DNA of 64,000 nucleotides from Heterodontus francisci (lineage: Eukaryota): contig NC_090413.1 in NCBI RefSeq assembly GCF_036365525.1, positions 24,660,601 to 24,724,600 of the forward strand, written 5' to 3'. Positions 13,233-25,247 of this stretch are shown here, piece after piece. The number at the start of each line of letters is the position of its first letter. The first letter of the stretch is position 1. The position numbers were made by a program, and so were the translations under genes. The notes under the pieces are model-generated. The model made no database searches. It saw nothing but the letters and a program-made list of their open reading frames with translations, and was not told the DNA's origin.

Positions 13233-13238
13233 TTTATT
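13233..13238 (-). promoter_or_regulatory. Candidate DR1 polyadenylation signal AATAAA
   Basis: TTTATT on + strand ~415 nt past the stop codon, followed on the minus strand by GT/T-rich sequence. Confidence 0.45.
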
Positions 13239-13651
13239 ATATCATTACTGTAAACAAGGCAACTTAGTCTTCAATTACTGAACACATTAATAAAATCCAC
13301 AAAGTATATGTTCAACAGGAACTTTTAACTGTTTAACACTTTACTCCAATTAACCAAAATCTTACGTATATAAAAGTCCATTTTTATAGTCTGAAGGACC
13401 ATACACATACACTGTCCAGCTCAGACCGTGTCACGCTTTTAACTCTGTTAAGTCCAAACGTACAATGGTATCTTTTTTTTTTCCATTTTAGGCTAGTCTG
13501 TTTAAAATTTCACAACCGGCACTTCAGCCTTCAGCCGCAGATAGGGGCAGACACCAAGCGATGACCATCTGCGCCGCCATTTTGGAACGCGGTGGGAAGC
13601 GAGTAGAGGGGAGCAATTTAGAAAAGGGAGTGAGACAGCCCAAGCGATACC

Positions 13652-13789
13652 TTAGATGTCCTCCTCCTCTTCCTCGTCCTGTGAGGAGCCTGCCTTGTTA
13701 GCAGTTGCTGCTGCAAGCTGTGCCTGCTGGGCAGCTTGTTGCATCTGTAGCCATTCCTGCTGTGCCAGTTCTGCCTGCTGCTGTCGAGC
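13652..13789 (-). CDS. DR1: DR1 last coding exon (ARQQQAELAQQEWLQMQQAAQQAQLAAATANKAGSSQDEEEEEDI*)
   Basis: Acceptor ttttctctcag, phase 0, TAA at 13654-13652; matches DR1 C-terminus. Confidence 0.93.
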   Translation of the reverse strand, partial: ARQQQAELAQQEWLQMQQAAQQAQLAAATANKAGSSQDEEEEEDI

Positions 13790-14254
13790 CTGAGAGAAAA
13801 CGGACAAAGTCAGGTTGGTTCAAATCAAATCTCTTTTGTGTGTAGGGTGGGTATCTTAGCAGAAAGTACACTATATCTAGATTCTGCATCCTTTGAGTTA
13901 GGGAGGGTGAAGAAAAATCAGTTCTGGTTTCCACTCCAGCATGTGTCTGGACTGGGTCAGGTTCGACACTCACCATCAAGACCTGTGCACGCACATTGGA
14001 GACTTAAGCGAAGTATCAGAGAGGCTGATACAGTGCAATCCTACCTCCCCACAAGGAGGTGACGCTTTCAGGATGGGAGGGGAGAAAATCCGTGAGAAGG
14101 AGCCACCTTGGTCTAGTAGACCCGCTATAAATTTAATAACTTCTTCCAATTTTCTCCCCTACATCTGACAGCTAGGACTCCTGTGGGGATTCAGTTTCAC
14201 TGGCACTTGTGAGCACTCTGGTACCTCATCCAAGTGGATACACTTCAAGGTGTC

Positions 14255-14660
14255 AGCCATGGCTCAGTGGGTAGCACTCTTGCATCAAAGTCAGAGGTTA
14301 TAGGTTTGAACCCCATTCCAGAGACTTGAGCACGAAATCTAGGCTGACAGTTCAGTGCAGTACAGAGGGAGTGCTGAACTGCTGGAGGTGGCCTTTTCAG
14401 ATAATGCAAAAGATTCTTCAGCATTATTTTGAACAGCAGCGTGGGAGTTCTCTTTGGTGTCTCAGATAATACTTATCCCTCATTCAACATCACAGATTAT
14501 CTAGTCATTATCTCATTGTGGTTTATGGGAGCTTGCGGTGTTCAATTTGGTTGTCGTGTTTCCTACATTACAATACTATACTTCACATGTACTTAATTGG
14601 CTGTAAAGCGCTTTGGGACATCCTGAGGTTGTGAAAGGTGCTACAGAAATATATAGACGT
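14255..14660 (+). mobile_element. Deu-domain SINE (SacSINE1-like)
   Basis: Head GGCTCAGTGGGTAGCACTCT and tail GTGAAAGGTGCTACAGAAAT. Confidence 0.7.
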
Positions 14661-17269
14661 TTTTGGTCTTTAAACAGCACTATAACTAAATCCTATTCTG
14701 TCCCCTTCTCAAATTCATTTTCCATTCTGTTTCCTTGACTAGTGATGAGGGACAAAAACTCAGGGATTTCCCCCTCAGATTATGGGGTCAACTGCAGGAT
14801 TCCTTGCAGCGACCTCTGCTCTCCTCCAATGCTGGTCTCTCGCACATCCTTGATTTTCATCGCTCCGCCACTGGCGACCGGACCTTCAGCTGCTAATGCC
14901 CCAAACTCTGGGACTCCCTCAATAAACCGCTCCACATCTCCCTCCTTTAAGCCTCTCCTTAAAACCTACCTCTTTGAGCTTTTGGTCACCTGCCCGAATA
15001 TCTTATGTGGATCGGTGTCAAATTTGTCTTGGGTAATTTTACTATGTTAAATACATTATATAAATGCAAGCTGTTGTTGAGATCAGACTAGGAATCAAAC
15101 CTACATCTGTATGAATCAGTAGCCCATCAGGCAGTGTAGTTACATACATAGCCATCGGTCAAATCCTTACAACCTATAATTAAGAGGCATTTAACCAGCA
15201 TGGTACCAGTTGACTACCAATACTTCTAGCTAGTTGCTAGGGTATCAGATCAGTTTCATTTAGACGCTTCTCAAAGATCTGGAATGGACTGGAAAACTGA
15301 ATGTCTGTCCCATTGCTGAGTAAAGCTCCACCTTGGTACTGCACCCATGATTCACAATTTAACCTCAACAGCAGTACAATTCCCCGCTGAATAGCTATAC
15401 ATCCTGGAAAAGGAAGCTGGACTTCATACGAGGGGATTTGCATGGAGGGCACTGGTTAGAGATCACTGCTAAAATTTCTTCACATCACAATAGGAAATCA
15501 CTTTCACAATTCCAACGAGCAGAGCAAAGCTCTGTTTCACCAAGGGGGACAGAGTGATTTGTGAGCTCCTTTTTAAGGTTTATAATGGAGTAAATTCACT
15601 GTGGAACTGGGCCACTCAGACCAGCAAGGTCCCATGTTTGATTCCCCAGTCTATGCTAAGTTTGCTGATTCCAGCAGGGTTGGTGGTTGAAGCACTACAA
15701 ATTCTCTCTGCGTGCCTGGGCTGGAAATTAAATTGCAGATTCACTCAGCAGCTACACATCACTATCAATGGCTCATAGTGGTATGTGTGGACAACCAAAT
15801 ATCTTGCTGGTGCTTACTGTCTTCTCAGTACTATCATCACCTCCAGCCTCAGCTTTCCAAAATGCTCTTCTTGCCAGCTTCCACAAATAACATCAAGTCC
15901 AGAATGCCATGACCCATGGTGCACCCACTTGCAATTCTTCCATGGCTTTCTTGACCACAAGACCCTTACGTCTAACTCCCTCCATGGTCTTGCTTGAGTC
16001 TATCTCTGCTATCTTCTCTGGCCACTTGTTTCTGCATAAACCCTCTGTTCCTCCGACACCATATGCTTATGATTCTCTGTTCCTTTAGTTACTACGTATC
16101 CGGTTGATGTGTTTAAGGGGAAGCTAAATAAGTACCTGAGGAAGAAAGGAATATTGCTGATAGGCTGAGATGAAGTAGAGATGGGAGGAGGTTTGTGTGA
16201 AACATAAACACTAGCATAGACCAGTTGGGCTGAATGACCTATTTCTGTGCTGTACATTCTATGTAAACCCCATCTTCTGGAACATCTCCGCCTGCACCTC
16301 CCCCCCAAAAAAATTCCTCTGCCTGGCCGTTTCCCTTTCTGTTTTCAAAAGCCTCCATTTACTTTGATTATGCTGTTGGCTCCCCATAACCCCAAAACAT
16401 TTTCCAGCTCTCTGCTCCTCCTCTTCCTTGCTCACTCAACATCCAGCTTTCTGCAAGGTTTGGACTTTGCTCTGTTCGTAAGGTGCATTATAGACATGGT
16501 TGGTGTTGGCATCTCAGCTGACAGGTAAAGAAACTGCCATTCGGGTGAGGCACTAAGACAGAAGTCAACACGAGCAGGAAAGGGGAATGTTTGGAAAGGG
16601 AGAGTGGGGCTGTGCCCACAGTTCCTCATACAGTAAGTCCTCATCACTGCTGGACCACGCAAGCCAGGAAGAGGTAATGCGAGGTTGGGGAGGAAGAGAG
16701 GGTGAAAAAGCAACAAGCAGAATTTAGACAGACAATCTCCATATAGGTCCAGTCAGCCCTCACATTTACCTCCTGGCAACCATTTACCACAGACAGGAGC
16801 CTAAAAGCCAGTCATTTTATCATAGCCTTAAGTGGGAAATGATGCATGGCACATCGATCTAAACTGGAGAAGGATATGAGTGCACTAAATTTATTTTTAA
16901 AAATGGCAAAATAATTTAGAACAGTGTCTGACCCAGTTTCCAGCACCATGCACCACAGATAACAGTTCTGTTATGGCAGATGCACAGTTGCCTTACTGTA
17001 TAGTTATGTGGTCATCTGAATAACATGGAAGAAAGCAAGTTTGTGGTGTTGATAACGGCTTGTGGACTCCAGAGAGTCTGGCTGCTAAGCAGAAAATAGA
17101 GTTAAAGGGAAGCTGTATTCAGAGTAATGGCCACAAATGGAATACAGGATGTCATTGTTTGGGTGCTTTCCAGAGTTTGTTACAGCGTTAAATGTTTTAA
17201 AACTTTGTGTTTCAGGTACTGAAAAGAAATATTTGCTGATTTGTTAGACTGTTGACCTGACATCTAGTC

Positions 17270-17830
17270 CTGGATGAGCAGAAATTTCCTGCAACTAAAT
17301 ATTTTGAAGACCAAAGTCATTGTCTTCCACCCCCGTCACAAACTCTGTCCCGAGCACTGACTCCATCCCTCTTCCTTGTCACTGTCTGGAGCTGAACCAC
17401 ATTGTTCGCAAGCTTGCTGTCCTATTTGACCCCAAACTGAGCTTCTGACCGCATATCCGTTCTATCAAAATCGCTTACTTCCACCTCTGTAATATTGACC
17501 AACCCCACCCCTGCCTCAGCTCATCCATGTCTTTGTCATCGCTACATTTGATGAATCCAAAGCAAGCCTGGCCGGCGTCCCATCTTCCATCCTCCACAAA
17601 CTTGAACTCATCCAAAATCCTGCTGTTCATATCTGAACTCGCACCAAGTCCGTTCACCCATCACCTCTTTTCTCACTGATCTACATCAGCTCCTGGTCTG
17701 GGAACACTGATTTAAAAGTTTACATCCTGGTTTTCAACCTCTCTTCCTCTCTCGTCTCCTTTAAGATGCTCTTTGGCCAAGCTTTTGGTCACCTCTCCTC
17801 CTTATGTGGCTCGCTGTCAAATTTTATTTG
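17270..17830 (+). mobile_element. L2-like LINE 3' remnant
   Basis: Degenerate WM..NFLQLN...KT...AYFHL.NI and LELIQN L2 RT C-terminal motifs. Confidence 0.6.
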
Positions 17831-17834
17831 AAAA

Positions 17835-18620
17835 CATACGAACATACATATGAATTAGGAGAAGTAGGCCATTCACCATTCAATAAGATCATGGCTGATG
17901 TGTTTCGAATTCCATACTCCGATCTACCCCTGATATCCCTTGATTCCCTTGTTGAACAAAAATCTATCTCCCTCCGCCTTAAAAATATTCAATGACCCCG
18001 CCTCCACCACCTTCTGAGGCAGAGTGTTCCAAAGTCACACAACCCTCAGAGAAAAAATTTCTCCTCATTGGTCTTAAAAGGGCGTCTCCTAATTTTAAAA
18101 CAGTTCCCACTAGTTATGGACTCACCCACGTGGAAACATCCTTTCCACATCCACCTTGTCAAGACCATTCTGGATCTTAGATACCTCAATCAAGTCTCCC
18201 CTCACTTTTTTTAAACTCCAGCGAAAACAAACCCAGTCTATCCAACCTTTCCTCATAAAACAACCTGCTCATTCCAGGTATCAATCTAGTAAACCTCCTC
18301 TGACCTGCCTCCAATGCATTTACAGCCTTCCTTAAATAAGGAGACCAAAATTGCACACAGTATTCGAGATGTGGTCTCACCAATTCCTGTATAACTGAAG
18401 CATAACATCCTTACTTTTATTTTCAATTTTTCTCGTGATAAAGGACAGCATTCCATTAGCCTTCTTTATTACCTACTGTACCTGCATACTAACTTTGTGA
18501 CTCTTGCACTAGAACACCTAGATCCCTCTGCACCTCAGAATTCTGCAGTCATTCTCTGTTTAAGTAATACTCTGCTTTTTTATTCTTCCTGCCAAAGTAA
18601 ACAACTTCACATTTTCAGTG
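17835..18620 (-). mobile_element. Old CR1 3' fragment
   Basis: VRPHLEYCVQFWSPY...QRRFTRLIPG in ORF 18186-18383 plus CR1 3' UTR. Confidence 0.85.
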
Positions 18621-19930
18621 AAGTGCTTTGGGATGTTTTATTAAGCTAATGGCATTATATAAATGCACGTTTATTGTTGTATGGCATTCTTTCCAACAAA
18701 TACAAAGACTTTGGAGAGGGTGCAGAGCAGATTGATCAAAATGATATCAGAGATGAAGGACTTCAATTGTATTGAGAGACTGGAGAAGCTAGATTGTTCT
18801 CCACGGAGCTAAGAAGGTTACGGAGTGATTAAATAGTGTTCAAAATTATAAAAGGGTTTTTGTAAAATAAATAGGGAGAAATCATTGCCACTGGGGTTGG
18901 TAACCAGACAACACAGATGGCAAAAGAATCAGAGGGGACATGAAAGATTTTTTTTTAAACATAAGTAGTTATGATCTGGAATGCACAGCCTGAGTGTGCT
19001 GGAAGCAGATTCAATAATTAGATAAATTCACAAAAATTAGTAATTTAGCAGGGCTATAGGAAAAGAGCATGGAAGTGGGACTAATGTTTTTCAACAGCTG
19101 GCAGGCACATTACGATGAATAGCCTCCTTCTATACTGTGTGATTGTATGAAATAGTTCTGCTTCACCAAGTCAACAGATATCCACCAGAAACAACACACT
19201 CACTACTCCCAGAAGTTTAAAAGGAAATGATGGACAGAGTAGGACTGATACACAGTGTCCACTACATCGGACATTTCAAACAAGCACAGTCCCCTGCAAA
19301 AGAAAAACCCATTGGGATGCTTCCAAGAACTGTGTGTGCTCCCGTCTGGTGCAGAAACAGGCTGGTGTTGGGAGCACTGAAGCTCACTTTCTTCCAATTC
19401 AGTTTCTGTTGCAAAAGCTCAAAAATCTCATTAATCAACTTGAGGCCTAAATGCTGCGTTATCATCCAGTCAGCTTTGTTTCCACTGAGAACCAAGGTCA
19501 GGGGTCCATATCAATTGTGCACAATACAACCAAAGCCGACTCAGGCATTAGGCAAGAGAAATAAGGAAATACTGATTAAATGTGAACAAGCTCAGATTTT
19601 AGTCTGATTGTAGGAGGAGAGTAAGGGTGGTACGAACATACGAACTAGGAGCAGGAAAGGCTATTTGGCCCTTCAAGCCTGCTCTGCCATTCTATAAGAT
19701 CATGGCTGATCTGCTTATGGACTTAACTCTACTTTCCTGCCTACCCCTGATACCCTTTGACTCCCTCGTTTGTCAAGAATATGTCTACCTTAAAAACATT
19801 CAATGAGCCTGTCTCCATCGGTCTCTGGGGAAGAGAGTTCCACAGAAGAGCTCCAGTATTGAGGTGCTGGGGAAGAGTTATAGGAGAGGTAAAACGCTAT
19901 ATGTTTCAAATACTAAGCAACTTTCCTTAC

Positions 19931-20094
19931 TTTTGCAAACAACTCTTGCTGCTGGCGTAGCAGTTCCTCTTCCGGTATCCCGAGGTTCTCCAGGCGAGAG
20001 CTGGCCTTCCTCCTTTCGAGGGCAACTGTCTTGCATTCCCGCAGAACCTCCTTTACTTCAGTTATATATGATCCAAAGCCGAGGCTTTCCAAGG
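19931..20094 (-). CDS. DR1: DR1 second coding exon ((A)LESLGFGSYITEVKEVLRECKTVALERRKASSRLENLGIPEEELLRQQQELFAK)
   Basis: Acceptor ctacag, donor gtaagg, 164 nt, phase 1 to 0; near identical to DR1. Confidence 0.95.
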
Positions 20095-22584
20095 CTGTAG
20101 TACAAGGTAACACAGAAAGAAGCTTTTAACATTCCCGTTGTTACTCTCAGCTTTTTGTGGGGAATTAATTTAAACCCAACAAACTGATTTCAAAATCCTT
20201 TCACATCCACATTGAGGATTCGTGTTAAATGCAGAACCAGTTCTGTTGTTTCATTTTAAATTAATCTCATTCATTGCTGCATAATATTTCGTCTCTCCTG
20301 AATACAGACTTCAGTTATGGAGGTTCCACAGGTTTCAACTATCCTTCAGTACCTCGCCCAACTGGCCATTCTGGGTGTGTGATCTTAGACAGTATCAGCA
20401 TACCATTCTGAGGACAGTACAGCCAGGCTAGATCCCTATCCTCACAGGAGGAGTCACCAACTAGCAGTCTGGAGTGGGAACACTGGCTGATCGTTTTATC
20501 TCCTTAGCCTAAAGACACAAACTAATTTTAGTATCTTACCCACACAAAAAAATTGTGAGGGGATTGGTCGTACAGGTGGAGCTACGAACCAGTTAAAAGG
20601 CGGGTTCGATCCCATGATCTTCATGCTTCCTTCCTCAGCCATGCAGCCTTTGGGCAGCGCTAAGCGGAGGCCACTTTCTGACCCAGAAAAGCAGAGGGGG
20701 AAAACCTGGGCCAAATTGGAAGTTTGGCAGCTAGTCCCGACACCTACTCTTGACTTGATAGATGGAAAAAAGAAAACTTACTCAAAAGACCCCTCACAAA
20801 CATCAGATTTAAAAAATTCAAAAATGAACACTCATCTTAACCCTTGTTGTGTGTCAAATATTAACGCTTTTCTGAGCATCAGATATTAAATCTATTTAGG
20901 GCTCACATTCTGTAATATGACTGATTCAATCTCAGATAGCCAAACCATGTGGACACCAATTTAATAGATTTGTTCTGGACGCATATCCAGGGTGAAGGTA
21001 ATCCCCCTACAACTCAGCGCAACTTTGTACCTTCCTGCTCTGAATAGATCAGCTACTCACTGAATAAACTATTGAGCCATCAGGCAAAATATAATCCGAT
21101 AGGTTTTCCTCAGTTGCCAATATTCTATGATGGGGACACCATGAGACATGAGAACTCTGAAGAGGTTTGCTTTTCAATCCAATTAATTTACCACACTACT
21201 GCACTAACAAGCCATGTCACAGAATGAGTACTTCCCCATTTTAAACCACAAGACAGGCAAACATCAAAGTCAAGCTCCATCTTGTGCACCTACTGGACAT
21301 CCACCAAAGACTGATGCTGACACAGACTTGGCACGAGGTTGTTGATCAATTTGTTTTGATAATGCCACAGGATCCAAGGACATCCAATGTGAACAAAGAA
21401 CTCACCTGTCCTGGCTCTTTGAGAGAGTTGTTCTTAGTCCTACACTCCCGGTTTTTAGCCCATCACTCTAAGTTCCTCATCCTCAAGTACCTGTCCAACT
21501 CCCTTTTAAAATTATTGATGGAAACAGCTTCCAGCACCTTTTCAAGTCGAGCGTTCCAGATCCCAAAAACTCTCAGTGAAACAATTTCTCTTCATCTCCC
21601 CTCTAGATGTGTTGCTAATGAGTTTCTCACACACTCTCAGCAGGAATCATCGCTCAGCTATCAACAACTTTCGTCATATAATGTTAAGGTTCTGACAACA
21701 CTTAACAAAAGGGAGGGGTGGTAGAGTGCTGGAGGTAGGTGGGAGTGAGAAACTTATTGTTTAGGCCTGGGAATAGCTCATCAGTACACAGCATGTGTAC
21801 AATCTGTGAGCTCACAAAGAGATTAAACAAAAAAAAAAAAAGAGGCTGCAGAATTTGACCCAAATATAAAGAGTTATTAGAATTCAGGATCGTTCTCTGG
21901 TCACAGTAAGTCACTCAAGCTTTCAGACAGGGTGACAAAAGAAAAGCCCACAATAACTCAGTCAGGATTGATTTTAGTCGTCCTCAGCACCAGTGGCTTG
22001 GCAGCATTGCAGGCCGCTGCTCACAGGATGTGCCATCTAAAACTCTGCAGGTTACAATCACAAGTGTCAGTACAATTCCAAAGATGAATTTCACACTGTT
22101 TCCTGATCAAGTGCAGCAATAACAACCTTTTCACTGAGTGCAACAGCTCTTTGCCTCTTGTAAGGAACTAGCACATTGCAGAGCTCATGATTTACTGTAA
22201 AATATAGTCATCATTTGTAGACTAGAATTACAGCAATGCTCAGAGGTGAAGAGAATTCCATTATTGTCTTTTTCTGAATCAGCAGAAGCTTTGTGGGACT
22301 ACCTGGAAGTGGGGGCAGTAAATGGTGCCAACCTTCTTCATGTATATGTCAGCTTTCCTGTGCAGTGTGGCACTGATCACAGCATTTTGATTCTCAGTCT
22401 CTGCTGTTAGCTGATCTGAGCCAAGGCAGTAGTAAGCGCAATATAACTAAAGCCAGTGCCCTTCAGGTACATCCTCGCTTCCAACTGGAGAGAGCATTGT
22501 TTGTGGAAGTTGGGTAGGGCATCATCAACTTTTCATACAATAACCTCCTGTACCTTACTACCTAACAACACACACATTAAAAAA

Positions 22585-23005
22585 AGACTTGTATTTATAT
22601 AGAGTATTTCATGATGTCTCAAAGCTAATGAGGCACTTTTGGAATGTAGTCATCGCAATATAGGAAACACTAAACAAGCTTGTACACAGCAAGCTCCCGC
22701 AAACAGCAACGGAATAAAATGACCAGATCATCTATCATTCACCAGGTGCTGGTTGAGGGATAAATATTGGCCAAGGCACCAAGGAGAATGCTTCTACGAA
22801 TCGTGACTGTGGGATCTTTTATGTCCACCTATGAGGGCAGACGAGGCCTCAGCTTAACGTCTCATCGGAAAGACGGCGCCCCCAAGAGTGCAGTACTCCC
22901 TCAGTACTGCACTGGTGAGTCAGCCGACATGAAGTCTCTGAAGTCGGACTTGAGCAAACAACCTTCTCACTCAGAGGCAAGAGTGCTACCTGCTGAGCTG
23001 CAGCT
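22585..23005 (-). mobile_element. Deu-domain SINE (SacSINE1-like) in DR1 intron
   Basis: Reverse complement of family consensus seen at 3048 and 14255. Confidence 0.7.
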
Positions 23006-23127
23006 GAAGAATGGTCATGCAGGTGAGGTATCATCCTCAAACTTTAAGAGGCACATGAAGGCAAGGGGAAAACTTAATAAAATGTTACTGAACTTCCACA
23101 GTGGTTTCCTGACTTTAAATCACATAC

Positions 23128-23350
23128 CTTGCATGATATGCTCTGGTGAGATGGTTTTCTTATCAGACTTATTGCAGATTTCATTAGCTTCGGAGGATAC
23201 TAAATGAATAAATTCAGTGCAGCAGCTCACCACCATTTCTCTGGCATCATTCGCTACCCTGACATTTGGTAGAATCTGTTTGATAATCTTGTTGATGGCA
23301 GCTCTTGGAATAGTTAAGTCATCATCATTATTACCTGAAGCTGAGGCCAT
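23128..23350 (-). CDS. DR1: DR1 first coding exon (histone fold, MASASGNNDDDLTIPRAAINK...ISPEHIMQ)
   Basis: ATG in good context (ACTATGG), 223 nt, donor gtatgt at 23127; H2B-like NC2-beta fold sequence. Confidence 0.95.
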
Positions 23351-23789
23351 AGTTCTTTATTTCACATAAACTGTTGTTGGAAGTTTTTTTAAAAAAAAGG
23401 CAATTTCTCCAAACGAGGATGGTATGTAACAAATCCACGTAAAATTGATCTAATGACACTGAACAGTGTTTAATCCAGTAGGATGTCAAAGCCAAAATAT
23501 GGTGAACATTTGGTTTAAAGATTAAGGAAGGAATTAAATATGATGTTGCCATCCTGGAGAAAAAGGCAAAAACATCAGATATTAAAACATAAAATTTCAG
23601 CAGTAAAAATCAAATGCACATTCATTAACTTTCACAAAGAAACAGGGCATTAGTAAGAAAAATTGGCTACATTCTGACTGCAGCAAGAGGGCAAAAAGAC
23701 CTAGTAAACCTCAATGGACTAAGGGGGTAGATCCACTGGGGGATGCAGGTTAACGATGGCCCCACGTTTAAAGACTGGTCTGATTTAGC

Positions 23790-24155
23790 TCATACTCATC
23801 CTCGTTTTCAAATCCATCTATGGCCTCACCCCCTCCCTATCTCTGTAACCTCCTCCAGCCTTACAACCCTCAGCGATCTCTGCACTCCTCCAACTTTGGC
23901 TTCTTGAGCATCCCCGATTTTAATTGCTCCATCATTGGCGGATGTGCCTTCAGATGCCAAGGCTCTGAGCTTTGGCGTTCTCTCCTTAAACCTCTCCCCT
24001 CCTTTAAAACATTCCTTAAAACCTACCTCTCTGACCAAGTTTATTACCACCTGCCACAATATCCACTTATGCGGCTCGGTTGTCAAATATTATTTGATAA
24101 TGCCTTGGGATGCTTTATTACATTAAAGGCACCATAAAAATACAATCTTTGTTGT
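23790..24155 (+). mobile_element. L2-like LINE 3' remnant between the DR1 ATG exon and promoter
   Basis: LILVFKS...PPYLCNLLQPYNP.RSL...SFKTFLKTYL motif typical of L2 3' coding end. Confidence 0.65.
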
Positions 24156-24242
24156 TGATCTAAATTGGGGGTGTGAAAACAACTTGAGGAGGTGGATTGT
24201 GAAGGGAGGGGAGGAAACAAATACCCTGCAGCAGTCACTTAC

Positions 24243-24440
24243 ACAAGGGTCCACCACCCAGGACTAGGGTCAGCACCTTAAATAGACAGAGTGGTGGGGG
24301 GAGAGGGCGCTGGAGATTCAGTAACAACCCCCAAAGCTCCTCCAAAACCCAATCCTACTGAAAAGGACGAGCCCACCGCCACCCTCTCGCAGCTTTTACC
24401 ATCTTTTTGTCACTCCAGAACCTGCTCCATTACCACCGGA
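24243..24440 (-). other. DR1: Putative non-coding first exon of DR1
   Basis: GTAAGT donor on minus strand at 24242-24237, just downstream of ETS motifs; pairs with pyrimidine-rich acceptor before 23553. 5' end is a guess. Confidence 0.5.
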
Positions 24441-25157
24441 AGTCGCCGCCAGCACCACTTCCGTTTCCAGGGGTAACGGATTTTTTTAAACTCTATCTTT
24501 CCCCGCTTTAATATTCCTCACTTTTCCTTTCTTCCTTATCCCTTTAATAATCTTCCGGATTTTTTTATAAATGTGCAAATTTAAAAAAAGAAAAAAATCT
24601 GTTTTCTCGTACTGCATTCTGGGAGTTGTAGTTTCATTGCTCGCAGACGCCCAGTCACTCTTTTTTAAATTCTGAAATTATTATTTTATAAATGTTATCT
24701 AGTCAAATTGAAACCGGTTTAAAAATCTTAATGCAGTAATTTAAAATAAAAAAAATTCGCGGGATAAAAAAGTGCTCGTTGTTGTTGGCGCGCAACAACT
24801 TCTGGGAATTGTAGTTTCTTCCAATTTATGTTTTTGCAATCTTGTAAATTCCATTATAAGATTTAATTTGTTTGTTTTAATTAATAAATAAGAAAATTAA
24901 AGCTTTTCTTCATTTGTTTAGTGTCCTTTAAAACAACCAATTTTCTCCTTGGTGGTGACTGGGCTACAAGATTCCGCCCTTTTAAGGCGGGGCTAACACT
25001 CAGACTCTCTCTCATAATTGGTGGACTGGTGTACGTCGTGTACAAAGTGTGAGGCCACTATTGGTCAGCCGGCACGTCGATCGGCTGGAAGCCGCGCCGC
25101 TGATTCGTGCGCTGAGCTGCCAGTCGCAGGCGCCCTGCCGCTGCTTCCGGTTGTGTG
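24430..25157. promoter_or_regulatory. Bidirectional promoter shared by DR1 (-) and GPR108 (+)
   Basis: ETS motifs ACCGGAAGT (24435) and CTTCCGG (~25144), two ZNF143/SBS motifs (24613-24633, 24800-24816), E2F-like TTCGCGGGA (~24756) and TTGGCGCG (~24785), GC box (~24986), inverted CCAAT boxes (~25017, ~25060). Confidence 0.75.
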
Positions 25158-25247
25158 ATGATGGCAGGGAGAGGTGCTGAGAGTTTGCTTCTGCTATTTC
25201 TGTTCCTTATTGAGGCCTCAGCGCGGATCCACCGCCTCACACTTAAA
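25158..25247 (+). CDS. GPR108: GPR108 exon 1 (signal peptide, MMAGRGAESLLLLFLFLIEASARIHRLTLK)
   Basis: Hydrophobic leader followed by RIHRL; donor gtaagt at 25248. Start could be ATG 25158 or 25161. Confidence 0.9.

Larger units (their letters stand above)
13652..23350 (-). other. DR1: DR1 (NC2-beta, TBP-binding negative cofactor 2) gene span; CDS join(23128-23350,19931-20094,13652-13789), 525 nt, 174 aa
   Basis: Three GT-AG exons splice in frame to a full-length histone-fold protein with QE-rich and QA-rich C-terminus and acidic tail; intron positions and phases as recalled for human DR1. Confidence 0.93.

Noticed and set aside
13652-23350. DR1 copy as a processed or decayed pseudogene
   Set aside because: It has introns with canonical splice sites, an intact frame, a promoter and a candidate polyA signal.
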